Positions 47,637-59,200 are shown, counted from the first letter of the stretch. The stretch: 64,000 bases of DNA from Nitrososphaerota archaeon (GCA_011605725.1 JAAOZP010000003.1:9032-73031), one strand, 5' to 3'. The notes: generated from the letters alone by a model not told the origin. A program made the numbers and translations.

Positions 47637-49373
47637 ATGAGTATTATGAGCATCCAAGATCAATTGGGTGAACCCGAGAGTAAGTCTTTTAACATCAGGA
47701 AAATTCTGAACCTTATTAATGAACATGAGTGGAGCCTTTATTTACCTTCTTTTCAAAGATCTTTTCTTTGGGATGAAGAAGATATTAAAAAGTTTCTTGA
47801 ATCAATGCTAAACGGGTATCCTGCTGGATCTATTCTTTTATGGCATCCTAGCAACAAAGGTATTGATCCATTTGCCAGAAAGTTTATAGATACTCGTCCA
47901 GAGCCTGATCACTCTGAAGTTTATTATATTCTGGACGGTCAACAAAGATTAACGGCACTCATGCTTCTCGCAAATGGCTGGAAGCTGGAAAGAGGCAGAA
48001 AAACAATTTCAAGATCTCCGATATCCTACAATCCATCTAAGCAAGGAGGAGAACTTATTAAAGGAATGAAAAGAGGAATCGATCTCTCTAGAGGGATTAA
48101 AGACCGATTAGGTGATGTTAAGGAAAGTCTCAGGCTAAAAAGGGAACTAGGGAGTAATTATAATGATTTCATACGCGCGATAGATAAAATTCTTAATTAC
48201 GAAATGCCTATTTATGTTGTTAAAACTTTTAACGAAACACCAAATATTCTTGGGAAAATGGCAAATATCTTTATAATGGTTAATAGAGCTGGACAGAGAA
48301 TTACCAACGTAGAATTACTCTTATCTTATGCTGCTGGAGTTTTTGATCAAGAAATCGTTAATAATCTAAGAAATTATTATGATGAGATTCAAGAAAAATA
48401 TGGTGAAGAAATCAGTATACAACCTTTCCTAAGATTTGCATTTTCTACTCCTCTAGTTGGGCTTAAGCAACAGGACATAGAAAATGTAGAAAGATTCAAG
48501 GCTTCTGTGAATAAAATAAAAGGGCAATTAACTCTTGATCGTAAAAAGATGTTGAATGAGAAGATTCAAAATGCATCTAAGTCGTTTGGCATAGCCTTAG
48601 ACCTCGTTTTAGAGATTTTCGGGAAGGCAGCCATCGAGCTCTTACCATCGCACATATCGTTAATTCCCATAGCTTGCTATCTTCATATAAATGACATAAG
48701 TAGCGTAAAGGAGCTTAATGAAAATGAGAAAGCATTGATTAAAAAATGGCTTTTGTTGGTGAATTTTAATGGATATTATTCGACAAGACCCTCTGTTAAG
48801 CTTCAGAAAGATATTGAGACTTTAGATCAATCTGGAAGATTTCCATTTCGAGAGTTTCTTGAAAACATTAAAGGAAATAAGCCCTCGGCAATCCGGATAT
48901 CCAAGGATAGCATTGTGGAAGGCTGTAACAAAGACATTCTAAGGAAGCCGAATCTCTCGTATCTTTTCCTACTTTATGTAGCACTAGTAGATAATGAGGC
49001 AAACGATTTGACTGGAAGATTAATAAGGAATCTTAATTTTGAAGAACTTGCTAGGCATCATATATTTCCAAGAGATAAACTCAAAAAAGAATTCAATATT
49101 CCGGAGGAGATATCTGAAGAAGATTATCCTATAAAGGGCATAAATGGGCTCGGAAATATCACTTTAGTACATACAGATGCAAATAGCGAAATATCTGACG
49201 AAGAACCGAAAGAGTATTTTAATAGGTATCGGCGCGAAGACCTTACTAAGCATTTTATTCCCATTAATGACGATAAGCTATGGGATCTTAAAAAGTTTGA
49301 TGATTTTGTTGAAAAAAGAATAGAGAAGATTTATGACTTCCTTAAAGAACGATATCAGGACATAATTGAATAA
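47637..49373 (+). CDS. GmrSD-family type IV (modification-dependent) restriction endonuclease, DUF262 plus DUF1524.
   Basis: DUF262 signature LPSFQRSFLWDEEDIKKF…GSILLW…YILDGQQRLTAL. C-terminal His-Me/HNH-like DUF1524 HHIFPRDKL…GNITLV. Confidence 0.75.
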   Translation: MSIMSIQDQLGEPESKSFNIRKILNLINEHEWSLYLPSFQRSFLWDEEDIKKFLESMLNGYPAGSILLWHPSNKGIDPFARKFIDTRPEPDHSEVYYILDGQQRLTALMLLANGWKLERGRKTISRSPISYNPSKQGGELIKGMKRGIDLSRGIKDRLGDVKESLRLKRELGSNYNDFIRAIDKILNYEMPIYVVKTFNETPNILGKMANIFIMVNRAGQRITNVELLLSYAAGVFDQEIVNNLRNYYDEIQEKYGEEISIQPFLRFAFSTPLVGLKQQDIENVERFKASVNKIKGQLTLDRKKMLNEKIQNASKSFGIALDLVLEIFGKAAIELLPSHISLIPIACYLHINDISSVKELNENEKALIKKWLLLVNFNGYYSTRPSVKLQKDIETLDQSGRFPFREFLENIKGNKPSAIRISKDSIVEGCNKDILRKPNLSYLFLLYVALVDNEANDLTGRLIRNLNFEELARHHIFPRDKLKKEFNIPEEISEEDYPIKGINGLGNITLVHTDANSEISDEEPKEYFNRYRREDLTKHFIPINDDKLWDLKKFDDFVEKRIEKIYDFLKERYQDIIE

Positions 49374-49425
49374 TAGATTATTACATACTGGCTAAGGCTA
49401 TATGGCTCTTTCGCGCGCCAACGTA

Positions 49426-49905
49426 CTATTCGCGATGTTCAGTAGGGGGTGTGGCTCCACCAATAACGCATAGGGCGTTGATCACCCTTAACCCACTGGT
49501 TTCCTTGCTGACTAACCCTAGAAACTTGCTCGTCCAGAACCATACTTCCTCAGGCGTGCACGACATTAGGTATCTCATGGTTTTCTCCGCCGTTTCATCC
49601 GTCTCGGCGTAAGCTAATGTTGCTGTCGCTAAACCTATTCTATACGCGTCCACCATGGCCTCCATGCTCTTCGGTGGAAAGTCTATGCGGAAACCTGTAC
49701 GTGTCCTTCTGCTCCCATATTTAGCCACCAGCTCTTTTATATGAGGGCGAATCATTATTACGCGGCTGCCCTTCAATGAACCGATGATGAAGCTTGGACG
49801 CCTGAGCTCGTGTGGTAGGGCCAGCTCCCTTGATTTCGGCCAAGCCTCTACAGACACCTTTTCATTTTTTCCCTTCGAATATTTCAACACGTATTTGTAG
49901 GTCAA
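49426..49905 (-). CDS. Small accessory protein co-transcribed with the DUF499 ATPase. Function unknown.
   Basis: 159-aa ORF starting 3 bp after the DUF499 stop on the same strand. No motif recognised. Confidence 0.4.
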   Translation of the reverse strand: MTYKYVLKYSKGKNEKVSVEAWPKSRELALPHELRRPSFIIGSLKGSRVIMIRPHIKELVAKYGSRRTRTGFRIDFPPKSMEAMVDAYRIGLATATLAYAETDETAEKTMRYLMSCTPEEVWFWTSKFLGLVSKETSGLRVINALCVIGGATPPTEHRE

Positions 49906-49907
49906 GC

Positions 49908-52856
49908 CTATGCACCTACATTTGCCTCGAGGCCTGCCACTATATCCTTACCAAGGCTTCTAAGCACCCCTGCAGCATCCTCTGGCTTAACCGGCTCACC
50001 CCATTTAAGCTCAAGCCGCACCTGTAGCGAATCTATTCCCTTAAGCCTCCAGAGGAGATCCAGCATGCTCTTACCCTCCTCTTTCTGCAAATCCTCCTTA
50101 TTAATTTCGAAAGAGATCGTGTAACTAGGAGACCTAGGCCTAGTAATCGACCCCGATAACCTTATGTTGCAATTTCTCTCCGGGCCTAGGCGGGTGAGAA
50201 GGTTTTTAATCTCAAGAAGCTGTCCAGCATCATTAGAGGAAATCTTTAAAATCACACTATTAACTTTAGTAAAACGGTCCCGAATAGCTCTCTTCTCTAT
50301 GTCGTTCGCCAAAGTTTCAACAGAGGATTCTGCAAGCACTATTAAGGTTGGACGCACCTTTTCCTCGGTGGGTTCAATTCCCCTCTTTTCCCCAGTATCT
50401 TTAGACACCTTTTCTTTTCCTCGGAGAAGCTTGTCGGCTTCTTCTGGCGTTAGTAACTCGGTGCGCTCATCCATTAAAATAGACTTCGGAGGATTATCCT
50501 TAGTATATATCATGTCTCCACACTTCAGAACCCATACCCCGTTTTCAACACCTCTTCTAACAGTTTCCAGAAACTTATCCTTAGACGACGAAATTATCAT
50601 ACCGGGTTTCCTGTAGAATTGCTCAAACAGCATCCTTATGCTTACGCTTTCTGCCCCCGCTGGCCAAACATTGGAGAACACGTATACAGGGTCAAGAGGC
50701 TCGTCCTTTACCCTGCCAAGCACGTTAACCAGTATATGCTTAAGCATATCGTAGCCACTGGCACCGGAAGCATAGCCGCTTCCATCTCTTACAGGTATTA
50801 CTTTAACTCCCTCCGCATCATAATATACGAAGTTAGAAAAGGCTCCTCTGATGTAGTCGTGAAGATTCTTTTCCTGTCTTGCCAAATACTCTTCAACATC
50901 GTTTTTTCTATCCTCACTTATACCATACTTCTTTAGGTCTCCCTTCACCATCCTCGCCGCCACTACCTTCCTAGCCACTTGCTTCATGGGTTCAATCCTG
51001 TCTTGAGCAGCAACCAGCAGAAACGTGGAGTTGGTGAACATCCTTGCATGTTGACCATGATCATCCCTATGTTCTAGAAACCTTCTAACTCGCTCTGGAA
51101 CAGTTCTGTCTGATATTACGTATTCATTGGGGTTAAGTATTGCGACTTGAATTACGGGCTCGTCGTCAAAGACTTTGCTTGGAGATGATGGGAAGAGCTC
51201 TACATCTATCCAGTCGGGCGATGAAGGAGTTCGTTTGAAAAGCTCATTCCGCAGCTTCTCCTTGATAACCTCTAGAGTTTCGCTCTCAGTTATGTCCCTC
51301 GACAGAAGGTCGATAACCCTTATTGGCGTCGGCTCTCTAACGAAGACAAATCTCTCGCCTTGCCTGTCGACAAAATGGAAGTTTTCTGAAAGATAATCCA
51401 GCACGATGTCACGTACCCTCATAAAGTGTTCCCTCCTGGCCGGCGTGACTAGTAGCGAAACCAGAAGCTCCGACCTAATGCCTTTATCCCCCTCCTTTCC
51501 AGCAGTTAAGCTATAAAGGTAAATCGTATTACAAGCTCTCCTAACGAGCGGTACTCCCCAGTTTTCCTTAGCCTGCTCATCCAGTTTTTCAGCAACAGCA
51601 GTACCGTCACCCTTCCAAACATCGGCTTCCACAGCATTTCTGAGCTTCTGCTCTCCGATATGCGTGGATAATTCGGCAAGCACATCTCGGTCAGCTAGGT
51701 CCACATGGAAAGGATGGATTAAGGTAGCGTCTTCCTCTTTTTCCGACCACATCTTGCGAACAACCTTAACGAGGAGCCGTAAAGCCCCCCTTGTTCTCTG
51801 AAACCTGTCGAGGGTAGCAACCCTCTCGTACAGGACTCTTATTAGATGAGGGTGAAAAGGATAATAATCCCTTATCATATCTCTGTAAGACTTGCTCTTA
51901 AACTCGTCTGGAACCGTTAGACTCTGGTAGAGCTCGTGATAAGCATCAGCCACATCCTCCGCCACCTTACTGTTAATCTTCTTAAACAGGCGTCTCTTCA
52001 AAATGTGGACGGCATCCTCCTCTTCTATCGGGACTAAGACAAGTTCTTTTCTCGCTACATGGGCCCTCGTCTCAGCCATCGCATTCCTAACAGCATCTGA
52101 AACCGCTTGCCTAGCCTTCTCAGCCTCAGACCTGTAAACGTCCTCAGCAATCGCCATCACTAGGACAGCGTCATCCTTCTCGGACACGGCTAGCACAAGC
52201 CTCTGAATCCACATTATAGTCTTATCAAGCATATCCTTCTCGAGGGCTACGAGCTTCAAGTAGGACGGCAACTCGTCGAGAAGAATCAGGACAGGTCCTC
52301 CCTCAAGAACCTTCTTAATGTCGTCGATACCGGGGACCTTTGCTTCCCGGTCAATACCAGCATAGTCATCATATTTGCCCAACTGCCAGAAGAGGTCGCC
52401 CCATATCGTTCTGATTCTGGTGCCGTCCCTAGTTATGCCATCACTCTTATAGTCCTCACCACTGATAGTCACAACCTTCACGTTCCGAGGAAACCTTAGG
52501 TTCCCCAAGAATTCCGAAACCTCGCTTCTGCCACTGTATTTGGCTGCATAATAGAGAGTGGCAAGAGTATGAGTCTTACCGCCGCCGAAGCCAACGTCGA
52601 GGACGATAACCGGGTTTACACCCTTCTTAGTGCCCGACAGCCTCCCGGCTACACTCTCCAATATCAGCCTCATGTTGCTAGTTAAGTGCGTCGCGGATAG
52701 AAATGAAACAGGGTTATCGTAAGGTGGCTTAGCAGTTCCTGAGACAATCGTGGAGAGCCTGAGAGCCAGGTCGGCATCTGTTAACGAGCCTGATAAAACC
52801 TCTTCCCTGGGAATACAAGCCTCCTCATCCCAGACCCGGGGAACATGTTCCGACAT
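49908..52856 (-). CDS. DUF499-family P-loop ATPase (BrxC/PglY-like).
   Basis: P-loop VIVLDVGFGGGKTHTLATLYY near residue 90 of a 982-aa protein. Its size and the N-terminal position of the P-loop fit DUF499. Confidence 0.6.
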   Translation of the reverse strand: MSEHVPRVWDEEACIPREEVLSGSLTDADLALRLSTIVSGTAKPPYDNPVSFLSATHLTSNMRLILESVAGRLSGTKKGVNPVIVLDVGFGGGKTHTLATLYYAAKYSGRSEVSEFLGNLRFPRNVKVVTISGEDYKSDGITRDGTRIRTIWGDLFWQLGKYDDYAGIDREAKVPGIDDIKKVLEGGPVLILLDELPSYLKLVALEKDMLDKTIMWIQRLVLAVSEKDDAVLVMAIAEDVYRSEAEKARQAVSDAVRNAMAETRAHVARKELVLVPIEEEDAVHILKRRLFKKINSKVAEDVADAYHELYQSLTVPDEFKSKSYRDMIRDYYPFHPHLIRVLYERVATLDRFQRTRGALRLLVKVVRKMWSEKEEDATLIHPFHVDLADRDVLAELSTHIGEQKLRNAVEADVWKGDGTAVAEKLDEQAKENWGVPLVRRACNTIYLYSLTAGKEGDKGIRSELLVSLLVTPARREHFMRVRDIVLDYLSENFHFVDRQGERFVFVREPTPIRVIDLLSRDITESETLEVIKEKLRNELFKRTPSSPDWIDVELFPSSPSKVFDDEPVIQVAILNPNEYVISDRTVPERVRRFLEHRDDHGQHARMFTNSTFLLVAAQDRIEPMKQVARKVVAARMVKGDLKKYGISEDRKNDVEEYLARQEKNLHDYIRGAFSNFVYYDAEGVKVIPVRDGSGYASGASGYDMLKHILVNVLGRVKDEPLDPVYVFSNVWPAGAESVSIRMLFEQFYRKPGMIISSSKDKFLETVRRGVENGVWVLKCGDMIYTKDNPPKSILMDERTELLTPEEADKLLRGKEKVSKDTGEKRGIEPTEEKVRPTLIVLAESSVETLANDIEKRAIRDRFTKVNSVILKISSNDAGQLLEIKNLLTRLGPERNCNIRLSGSITRPRSPSYTISFEINKEDLQKEEGKSMLDLLWRLKGIDSLQVRLELKWGEPVKPEDAAGVLRSLGKDIVAGLEANVGA

Positions 52857-52907
52857 ACGATAATAAGAACCCAGGCAAGCTATTTAAATAGTTAGCCTCA
52901 GTACATT
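52857..52907. promoter_or_regulatory. Bidirectional promoter region with a palindromic TATA-like element (TATTTAAATA, 52881..52890).
   Basis: A 51-bp divergent intergenic region lies between the DUF499 ATPase gene (minus strand) and the DUF1156 methyltransferase gene (plus strand). The palindromic A/T box sits ~24 bp and ~17 bp from the two start codons. Confidence 0.35.
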
Positions 52908-55718
52908 ATGCTGAAAATGCCGGAGAAAATCGGCGCACCGGCTGAAAGAAGGGTTCTGATAGACGACTGGTTCCCAGCCGGAGAGGCTAGCGTCGAAAGC
53001 GTGAGAGAGAGGAGTGTAGGTCAGAATCCGCCAATAAACAGAATGCATGTCTGGTTTGCACGCCGACCGTTAGTTGCATCCAGGGCCGCGGTCCTAGCCT
53101 CCATCCTCCCGCCTGATACGACGAGAGAGTCTTTCCTGAGGCTTCTAGGAATCCCGCCGGATAAGGATGTTGTCGGGGCAAGCGAACAGCTGGAGAGGGC
53201 GAAGGCTATGGGAACAAGGCTTGAGCAAAATCCGCTCAGCTGGCCCCGGGCCTTCAAATACACTCCTACTAGGCAACAGCTGGCTGAGCTTAAACAGAGC
53301 ATCTCAAAGTTTTGGGGCAAGAGTGAAGTAACTGTCTTAGACCCAATGGCGGGCGGAGGCAGCATACCCTACGAGGCTCTTCGCCTAGGTCTGAACGTTG
53401 TGGCGATGGACCTGAATCCCGTGGCATTCCTATGCCTAAAGACGACGCTAGAATACCCTACGAGGTTCAGGGGCAAGCTCATACCTGCTGTTAGAGATTT
53501 TTGCGAGAAAATACATGAAAAAGCAAAACTAGAATTGGAAAAATACTTTCCAAAAGGAAAGTCAGAGAACGTATATGCCTACCTCTGGGCAAGAACCATA
53601 AAGTGTCCTTCATGCGGCCTGGTAATTCCGCTCTCTCCCAACTGGTGGATTGTCAGGCAGGGTGACAAGAACGATAAGGCCGTAAAGCTAACCGTCAGTA
53701 ACTCTTCAAATACCTGTTCCTTCGAAATAGTTGAAAACCCGCGCAAGCATGGAATTAATCCGGACGAGGGAACTGACATCGGTAAGGCTGCGAGGTGCCC
53801 GAGGTGCAAGACGACCATCAGCTCAACCGAGGTCAAGAGACAGGCTCAAGAGGGCTCCATGGGTCATCAGCTCTACGCAGTATCAACAAAGACTTTTTTG
53901 AATTTCAAGGAAGTCGAATGGGTCTTCAGGCCTCCTACTCCAGGGGAGATCGAGGCGGTTAGGGAAGCAGAGGAAAGGCTGAGGGAGAAACTGCCAGACT
54001 GGGAATCAAAAGGCCTTGTTCCCGTGGAAGTTATACCTGAAGGGCTAAAGACAAGAGAACCACTGAATTTCGGTCTACGCCGATGGTGCGACCTCTTTAA
54101 TCCTCGCCAACTCCTTACGCACCTGACCTATCTTGAGAAGTTCCTTGAGGCCAAGAAGGAGCTCTTGGAGAAGGCTACAAACGAGGAAGAAAGAGAATTT
54201 GCAAAGGCCGTAGTAACATACGGTGCTCTAGTCTTTGATACTAGTGTTGACTATAATTCGGTTCTTACTAGGTGGGGACCCACAAGACAGGGTATACGGG
54301 GTTCAATGGCTGTCCAGGCATTTCCGTTCAAGACGAGCTACGCTGAGTGGAATCAGCTGGTTCCTAAGGGTGGTTACGAGTGGGCCTTGGAGAAGGTGCT
54401 TGATGCCCTTGAGGAGATCGTGAAGCTTCTCCCCGAAGAGGCTGGCGATGTTAAGGTCTTCTGCGGGGACGCTGCTTCCATCCCGCTGCCTGATGGGAGT
54501 GTGGACTGCATTGTCGTTGACCCTCCCTACTACGAGAACGTTATGTATGGCGAGGTCAGCGACTTCTTCTACGTGTGGTTGAAGAGGCTCGTCGGGGATC
54601 TTTACCCTGAGGAGTTTTCAGGCGAGCTGTCGAACAAGGAGGATGAGGCTGTTGCCAACCCGGCGATGTTCAGAGGCATGGGGGGAAGAGCGAAGAGGTT
54701 AGCGAGCCAGCATTACGAGTCGAAGATGGAGGCCTGCTTCAGAGAGATGAGGAGGGTTCTCAGGGATGATGGGGTTATGGTTGTGATGTTCACGCATAGG
54801 AAGGCGGAGGCCTGGGCCAGCTTGGCAACGGCTTTGATGAACGCAGGCTTCACGTTCAGGGCCTCCTGGCCGGTTGCAACCGAGCCCGGCCAGAAGTTCG
54901 GCAAGGCGGAGAAGGGCGTTCTCAGGATCACCGTTCTCCTGAGGTGTCAGAAGCGCGCCGCCGAGAAGAGGGGACTGTGGGAGGAGGTTAGGAGGGAGCT
55001 TCTGGAGGAGGCGGAGAGGAAGGTTAGGGAGCATGACTCTAAGGGGATAAGGGGCCCGGACCTCTTGGTCAGCGTCTACGGTCCTGTCTTAGGCAGGTTC
55101 GCCGACTACTCTATGGTTAAGGATGCTGCTGGTAACATTAAGACTCCTAGCGACGCCTTGGAAGTGGTGGCTGAAGCTGTTAACAGGTTCCTGACGGAGG
55201 ATATACAGAGTGCGGATGTGGAGACGCTTGCCTACCTCAACCTTCTCAGGAACTTTCCCAATCTGACTGTTGAGTATGACTTGGCTAGGATAACGACGGT
55301 CTTCGGGGGCAACGTCAGCCTGGACCTCCTAGACGTTAAGGGGGGAAGTGGGCTGGTTTGGAAGGAGAAGGGGAAGGTCAGTATTCTGCTCTCTAAGGAT
55401 AGGCTTGCCAACGGTATAATTAATCCTGCGAAGCCTGAGAGGCTCAAGACGCTTATAGACGTGGTTCACGCTGCGCTCATACAGTATGAGAGAGTAGGAA
55501 TGCTGGCGGTGAAAAACCTGTTGAAGGAGAAGGGGAGGGACTACAGGGATTCAGGCTTCATCTCAGCCTTAAGGGCTATCGCGCAACTAGGCTATGATGA
55601 AAACGGGTCTAAGAAGCTTCGTGAAGAAGCGAGGACGGCCAGCACGCTTTTGGAGGCGCTTGGATACAGGCCTGAATCCTTCCTGAGGAAGGGGGAAAAG
55701 ATAACTCATTTCACTTGA
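52908..55718 (+). CDS. DUF1156-containing adenine-specific DNA methyltransferase with a Zn-ribbon (COG1743-type).
   Basis: The N-terminal DUF1156-like block is …NPPINRMHVWFARRPLVASRA…. Zn-ribbon cysteines are IKCPSCGLV…AARCPRCKTT. Catalytic DPPY-type motif VVDPPYYENVMY. Length 936 aa. Confidence 0.7.
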   Translation: MLKMPEKIGAPAERRVLIDDWFPAGEASVESVRERSVGQNPPINRMHVWFARRPLVASRAAVLASILPPDTTRESFLRLLGIPPDKDVVGASEQLERAKAMGTRLEQNPLSWPRAFKYTPTRQQLAELKQSISKFWGKSEVTVLDPMAGGGSIPYEALRLGLNVVAMDLNPVAFLCLKTTLEYPTRFRGKLIPAVRDFCEKIHEKAKLELEKYFPKGKSENVYAYLWARTIKCPSCGLVIPLSPNWWIVRQGDKNDKAVKLTVSNSSNTCSFEIVENPRKHGINPDEGTDIGKAARCPRCKTTISSTEVKRQAQEGSMGHQLYAVSTKTFLNFKEVEWVFRPPTPGEIEAVREAEERLREKLPDWESKGLVPVEVIPEGLKTREPLNFGLRRWCDLFNPRQLLTHLTYLEKFLEAKKELLEKATNEEEREFAKAVVTYGALVFDTSVDYNSVLTRWGPTRQGIRGSMAVQAFPFKTSYAEWNQLVPKGGYEWALEKVLDALEEIVKLLPEEAGDVKVFCGDAASIPLPDGSVDCIVVDPPYYENVMYGEVSDFFYVWLKRLVGDLYPEEFSGELSNKEDEAVANPAMFRGMGGRAKRLASQHYESKMEACFREMRRVLRDDGVMVVMFTHRKAEAWASLATALMNAGFTFRASWPVATEPGQKFGKAEKGVLRITVLLRCQKRAAEKRGLWEEVRRELLEEAERKVREHDSKGIRGPDLLVSVYGPVLGRFADYSMVKDAAGNIKTPSDALEVVAEAVNRFLTEDIQSADVETLAYLNLLRNFPNLTVEYDLARITTVFGGNVSLDLLDVKGGSGLVWKEKGKVSILLSKDRLANGIINPAKPERLKTLIDVVHAALIQYERVGMLAVKNLLKEKGRDYRDSGFISALRAIAQLGYDENGSKKLREEARTASTLLEALGYRPESFLRKGEKITHFT

Positions 55719-55752
55719 GGCATGGAACATAGATGTATAAGCTTGATTAGCA

Positions 55753-56277
55753 TTAGGAATGGATGTCGGAAATTTCCACGGCTTCTATTCTAGACTCTCC
55801 CAGGATGCCCTGTCTCCAAGAGGCTAGGTATTGCTCCAGCTTCTCAAGCCTTACAAGGATCTTCTCAGCCTGCTCCATCTCCCTGCGGCCGTTTCCCTCT
55901 AAGAGCCCTACAGCCTTGGATCCGTGTCTCAAGATGCCTCTGAGCAGCCTGTCATGGTCAACTGATTCACGTTGCCTCTCCACCAGGTGCATGTTTTCTT
56001 GAACGAATTTTCTGAGCGGGGCGTTCATGCTCGTAAGCCTTTTTTCAAGCGCCATCCTTACTTGATTTGTTGAAGGCCTTCTTTCTAAATCATGGTCTAG
56101 TGAGGCGAAATATACGCCAGCCTTATAGATGTGCCTAGCGATAAGCTCATGAGCGCCTTCAACCATGTTTCTCCTGAAGGATTCAAGTCTTCTTTCCTGC
56201 TCGGCGTCAATAATCCTTCCCCTGCTTCTGGCTGAGACCAGTGCTTGCTCAATGCTCTTCCTACAGCTGCACGTCAT
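55753..56277 (-). CDS. Small accessory protein co-transcribed with the PLD-SNF2 helicase. Function unknown.
   Basis: 174-aa ORF whose start overlaps the helicase stop by 4 nt (ATGA), suggesting translational coupling. Confidence 0.4.
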   Translation of the reverse strand: MTCSCRKSIEQALVSARSRGRIIDAEQERRLESFRRNMVEGAHELIARHIYKAGVYFASLDHDLERRPSTNQVRMALEKRLTSMNAPLRKFVQENMHLVERQRESVDHDRLLRGILRHGSKAVGLLEGNGRREMEQAEKILVRLEKLEQYLASWRQGILGESRIEAVEISDIHS

Positions 56278-59200
56278 GCTGATTCCTCCATGCTTAACAG
56301 TTCATCCACTAATTGGATTACCTTTTCTCTGTCGCTTAAAACTTCGGGAACAGCGTCTCCTTCCCTTATTACTCGGAGAGACCCTAATCCATCATGCTCC
56401 TTTATTAGATAGATGCTTTTCGAGGCTTTTAAACCCTTGTTCCCCGTCTTGGAGATTATATTGTCGCAGAGCCATTGAACTATGGGGTGTGCAGGAGTCA
56501 ACACGTTAGGCCTCCCAACTTCGAGACTGGCATTGTTCCATCTTCTCAATTCCTCGGGCAGCTGCTTTTCATCGATCTCCAAACCATTGTCTTTAACGCA
56601 CGCCTTTAATCCCAGTGCTTTCGCTGCTTTTAGTGTGAAGTCTGCTATTCTGTTTATAACGTCTTCATCCGCGGTCTTAGCGCCCTCCCATGACGCTCCG
56701 GTAATAGTTCCCGCGATCCTGGCTGCGCGTTCTTTAACCTCGTCGACTTTCTGTAATGTTTCTGAGACTATCATCCTTATTTTCTCAGTTGTCTCTCCCT
56801 CATCCAGCGCTTTACGCAAACCCTCGCTGATTATTTCTTGAGCCGGACCCACTACTAACCCGTAGATCTCTCTCCTCTGGAAGAGAACACGGTACATCTC
56901 TGCCTCTATGCTTTCAGGGTACCAGATATTCTTCACGAGCACAACGCTGGCTTTCTGCCCCAGCCTATCTGCCCTACCGATCCTCTGCTCAACCTTAGCC
57001 GGGTTCCACGGCATATCAACGTTAATTACCACGTTTGCTGCTTGAAGGTTAAGGCCTTCGCGCGCAGCGTCGCTGCAAACCAGAACCCTTACATTTCCAT
57101 CGGTGAGTTCCCGACTGACCTCGTCCTTGTCTACTGGAACATAAGTGTCTTTCTCCCTATCGTAGACCATGCCGCCTGCACCAGTATAGATGGCGATCTC
57201 CGATTTTGAAAGATACTTGCTTTCTCTTGCAAGGAATCTTGAAACGGCATCAACAGTATCAGTATACTTGCTGAAAATCAGAATCTTATGGCCTTTAGAA
57301 AGCAGGTCGTCTACTACTGAAACCACCTTGCGGAGTTTCGGGTCACCTCTGGAGAGGATGTCCGGAGAATAGTCTCCAAGCTCATTCTCCAACTCTCTTA
57401 GCTTCTGAATCTCTCGCCGTATTAGTTCACCAGCCCCGCTGGCAAGAAGCTCCTGCATGGCCTCTATAATATCCTCCTCATCCCCCTCCCACTCCGGTTC
57501 TTCTATAAACCTGGAGGCTGCAGCGAGGAGCGCGTCTCTATCACCTTTCAAGAGGGCTTCTAAAAATTCCCTCCTATTCTTTACGGTCAGGTATGCTGCC
57601 GTGAAACTGCTTACAAACCTCTGATGGTAGATGCATTTAACAAACCCTATTATCGACTTACTTTCTCCTTTCAGTATTCTCTCATATTGCCCATATTCGT
57701 TTCTAAGATAACTGTCCAGTTTCCTTAGCAACTCCATGTGTTTAGCATCTAGTTCAACCGGCTCCTCCGCAATATGTCTCTCGGGAAAAGAGTATCCTAA
57801 CTCCTTCAGTTTGCTCCTCGTGTTCCGAACCATGAACCATTGCACGGGGTTAAGGGCGAGAAGCAGCTTCCTCAACCGTTCGATCCCATGGTGTTGTACT
57901 ACGTCCACGATTTTTTCCAAACCCTCTCCGGACAGTATGCGTTCAGTTATTGTTTCAGCCGTGTGCTGATCGCCGAAAATCTTTTCAAGAATCTCTTGAA
58001 GCTCTTTCCTGTCAACATATTGACCAGCTATCCACGATGCTAATCTTAGGCAGAATTCCCATTCCGACTTGGTGATGGTAGCCGGGTCGGAGGACAGTGC
58101 TCTGAAATATCTTTGAAAATCCTCCTCGTGAACCCAGGGTCCGCTTAGCCCAAGTATCTGAAGCAGATCCATGGCTTCAGCCTCGTAGAGCTGAACCGGC
58201 GTCGCAGTGACGAGCAGTATGTGAGGAGCTGTAACACTGAGCTCCGCAAGCAGGTCGTTAAGCAGGGTTGGCTCTATCTTCCCAGGGCTCCTCTTCTTCC
58301 TCGCATGGTGGGCTTCGTCAACCACTATTAGGTCGAAGAACTTCCCGGTGTTAAGAAGCTCTGGAGGCCTGTTTCTAGATCCTCGAGCATAATGCCAGGA
58401 GGCTATCATTAAATCAATACCCTGCTTGTCAAAAGGGTTTTCACCGTGCCCTATGGGTATCAACCTGCCTTCAACATCAACGAATTCTTTCCTAAAGGTG
58501 TCGAGCAACCAGAAGCGGAGGCCGAAGTGGCTCCACATCTCCTCCATCCATTGTCTCGCAACATTCTTAGGGGACAGTATTAGGATTCTTTGTGCCCGAC
58601 CCAGCGACACTAGCCTCTTGATTATGGCTCCCGCCTCAATCGTTTTCCCCAGTCCAACCTCGTCGGCAAGCAACACTCTGTGAGGATACCTGGACAGGGC
58701 GAAGTCGACGGCGTAAGCCTGATACGGGTGGAGAGCCACGGGCCCGAGACCCAGGTGGGCGAATTGCCTTATGTTCCCGATTTCTCTAACGAGTCTAGCA
58801 GCCGGGACCAATAATTGGCAGGCAGCAAAATTAGGTATACCCACCCCTTCTATAACCGTTTCGTCTTCCAAAGGGTCTGTTTCAGGAGGCTTTGCACCAT
58901 AATATTTTTCCCTAAGCTTTTTCTCAACCACCTCAGGCAGGGGAAACACGAAATAATCGGGATGCTTATCCTCCCAGAGAACATCAAACCTCTCTGTATA
59001 CCTCTTAATATACTCCTCGTGCCCAGGTTTCCAAGACATGTGAACAGTCAGGTTTTCACCGTTTATCTCGTATGCAGCCCGGGTTTCATTCGCGCTTCCA
59101 GCGGCGGCGATAGTGCAGCCATCAAAATCCCTGAATATCATCAGTTTTTCATGAAAAATGCCATTGCCCAGCCCAAGGAAAGTCTTCTTCGGCAGCGCTA

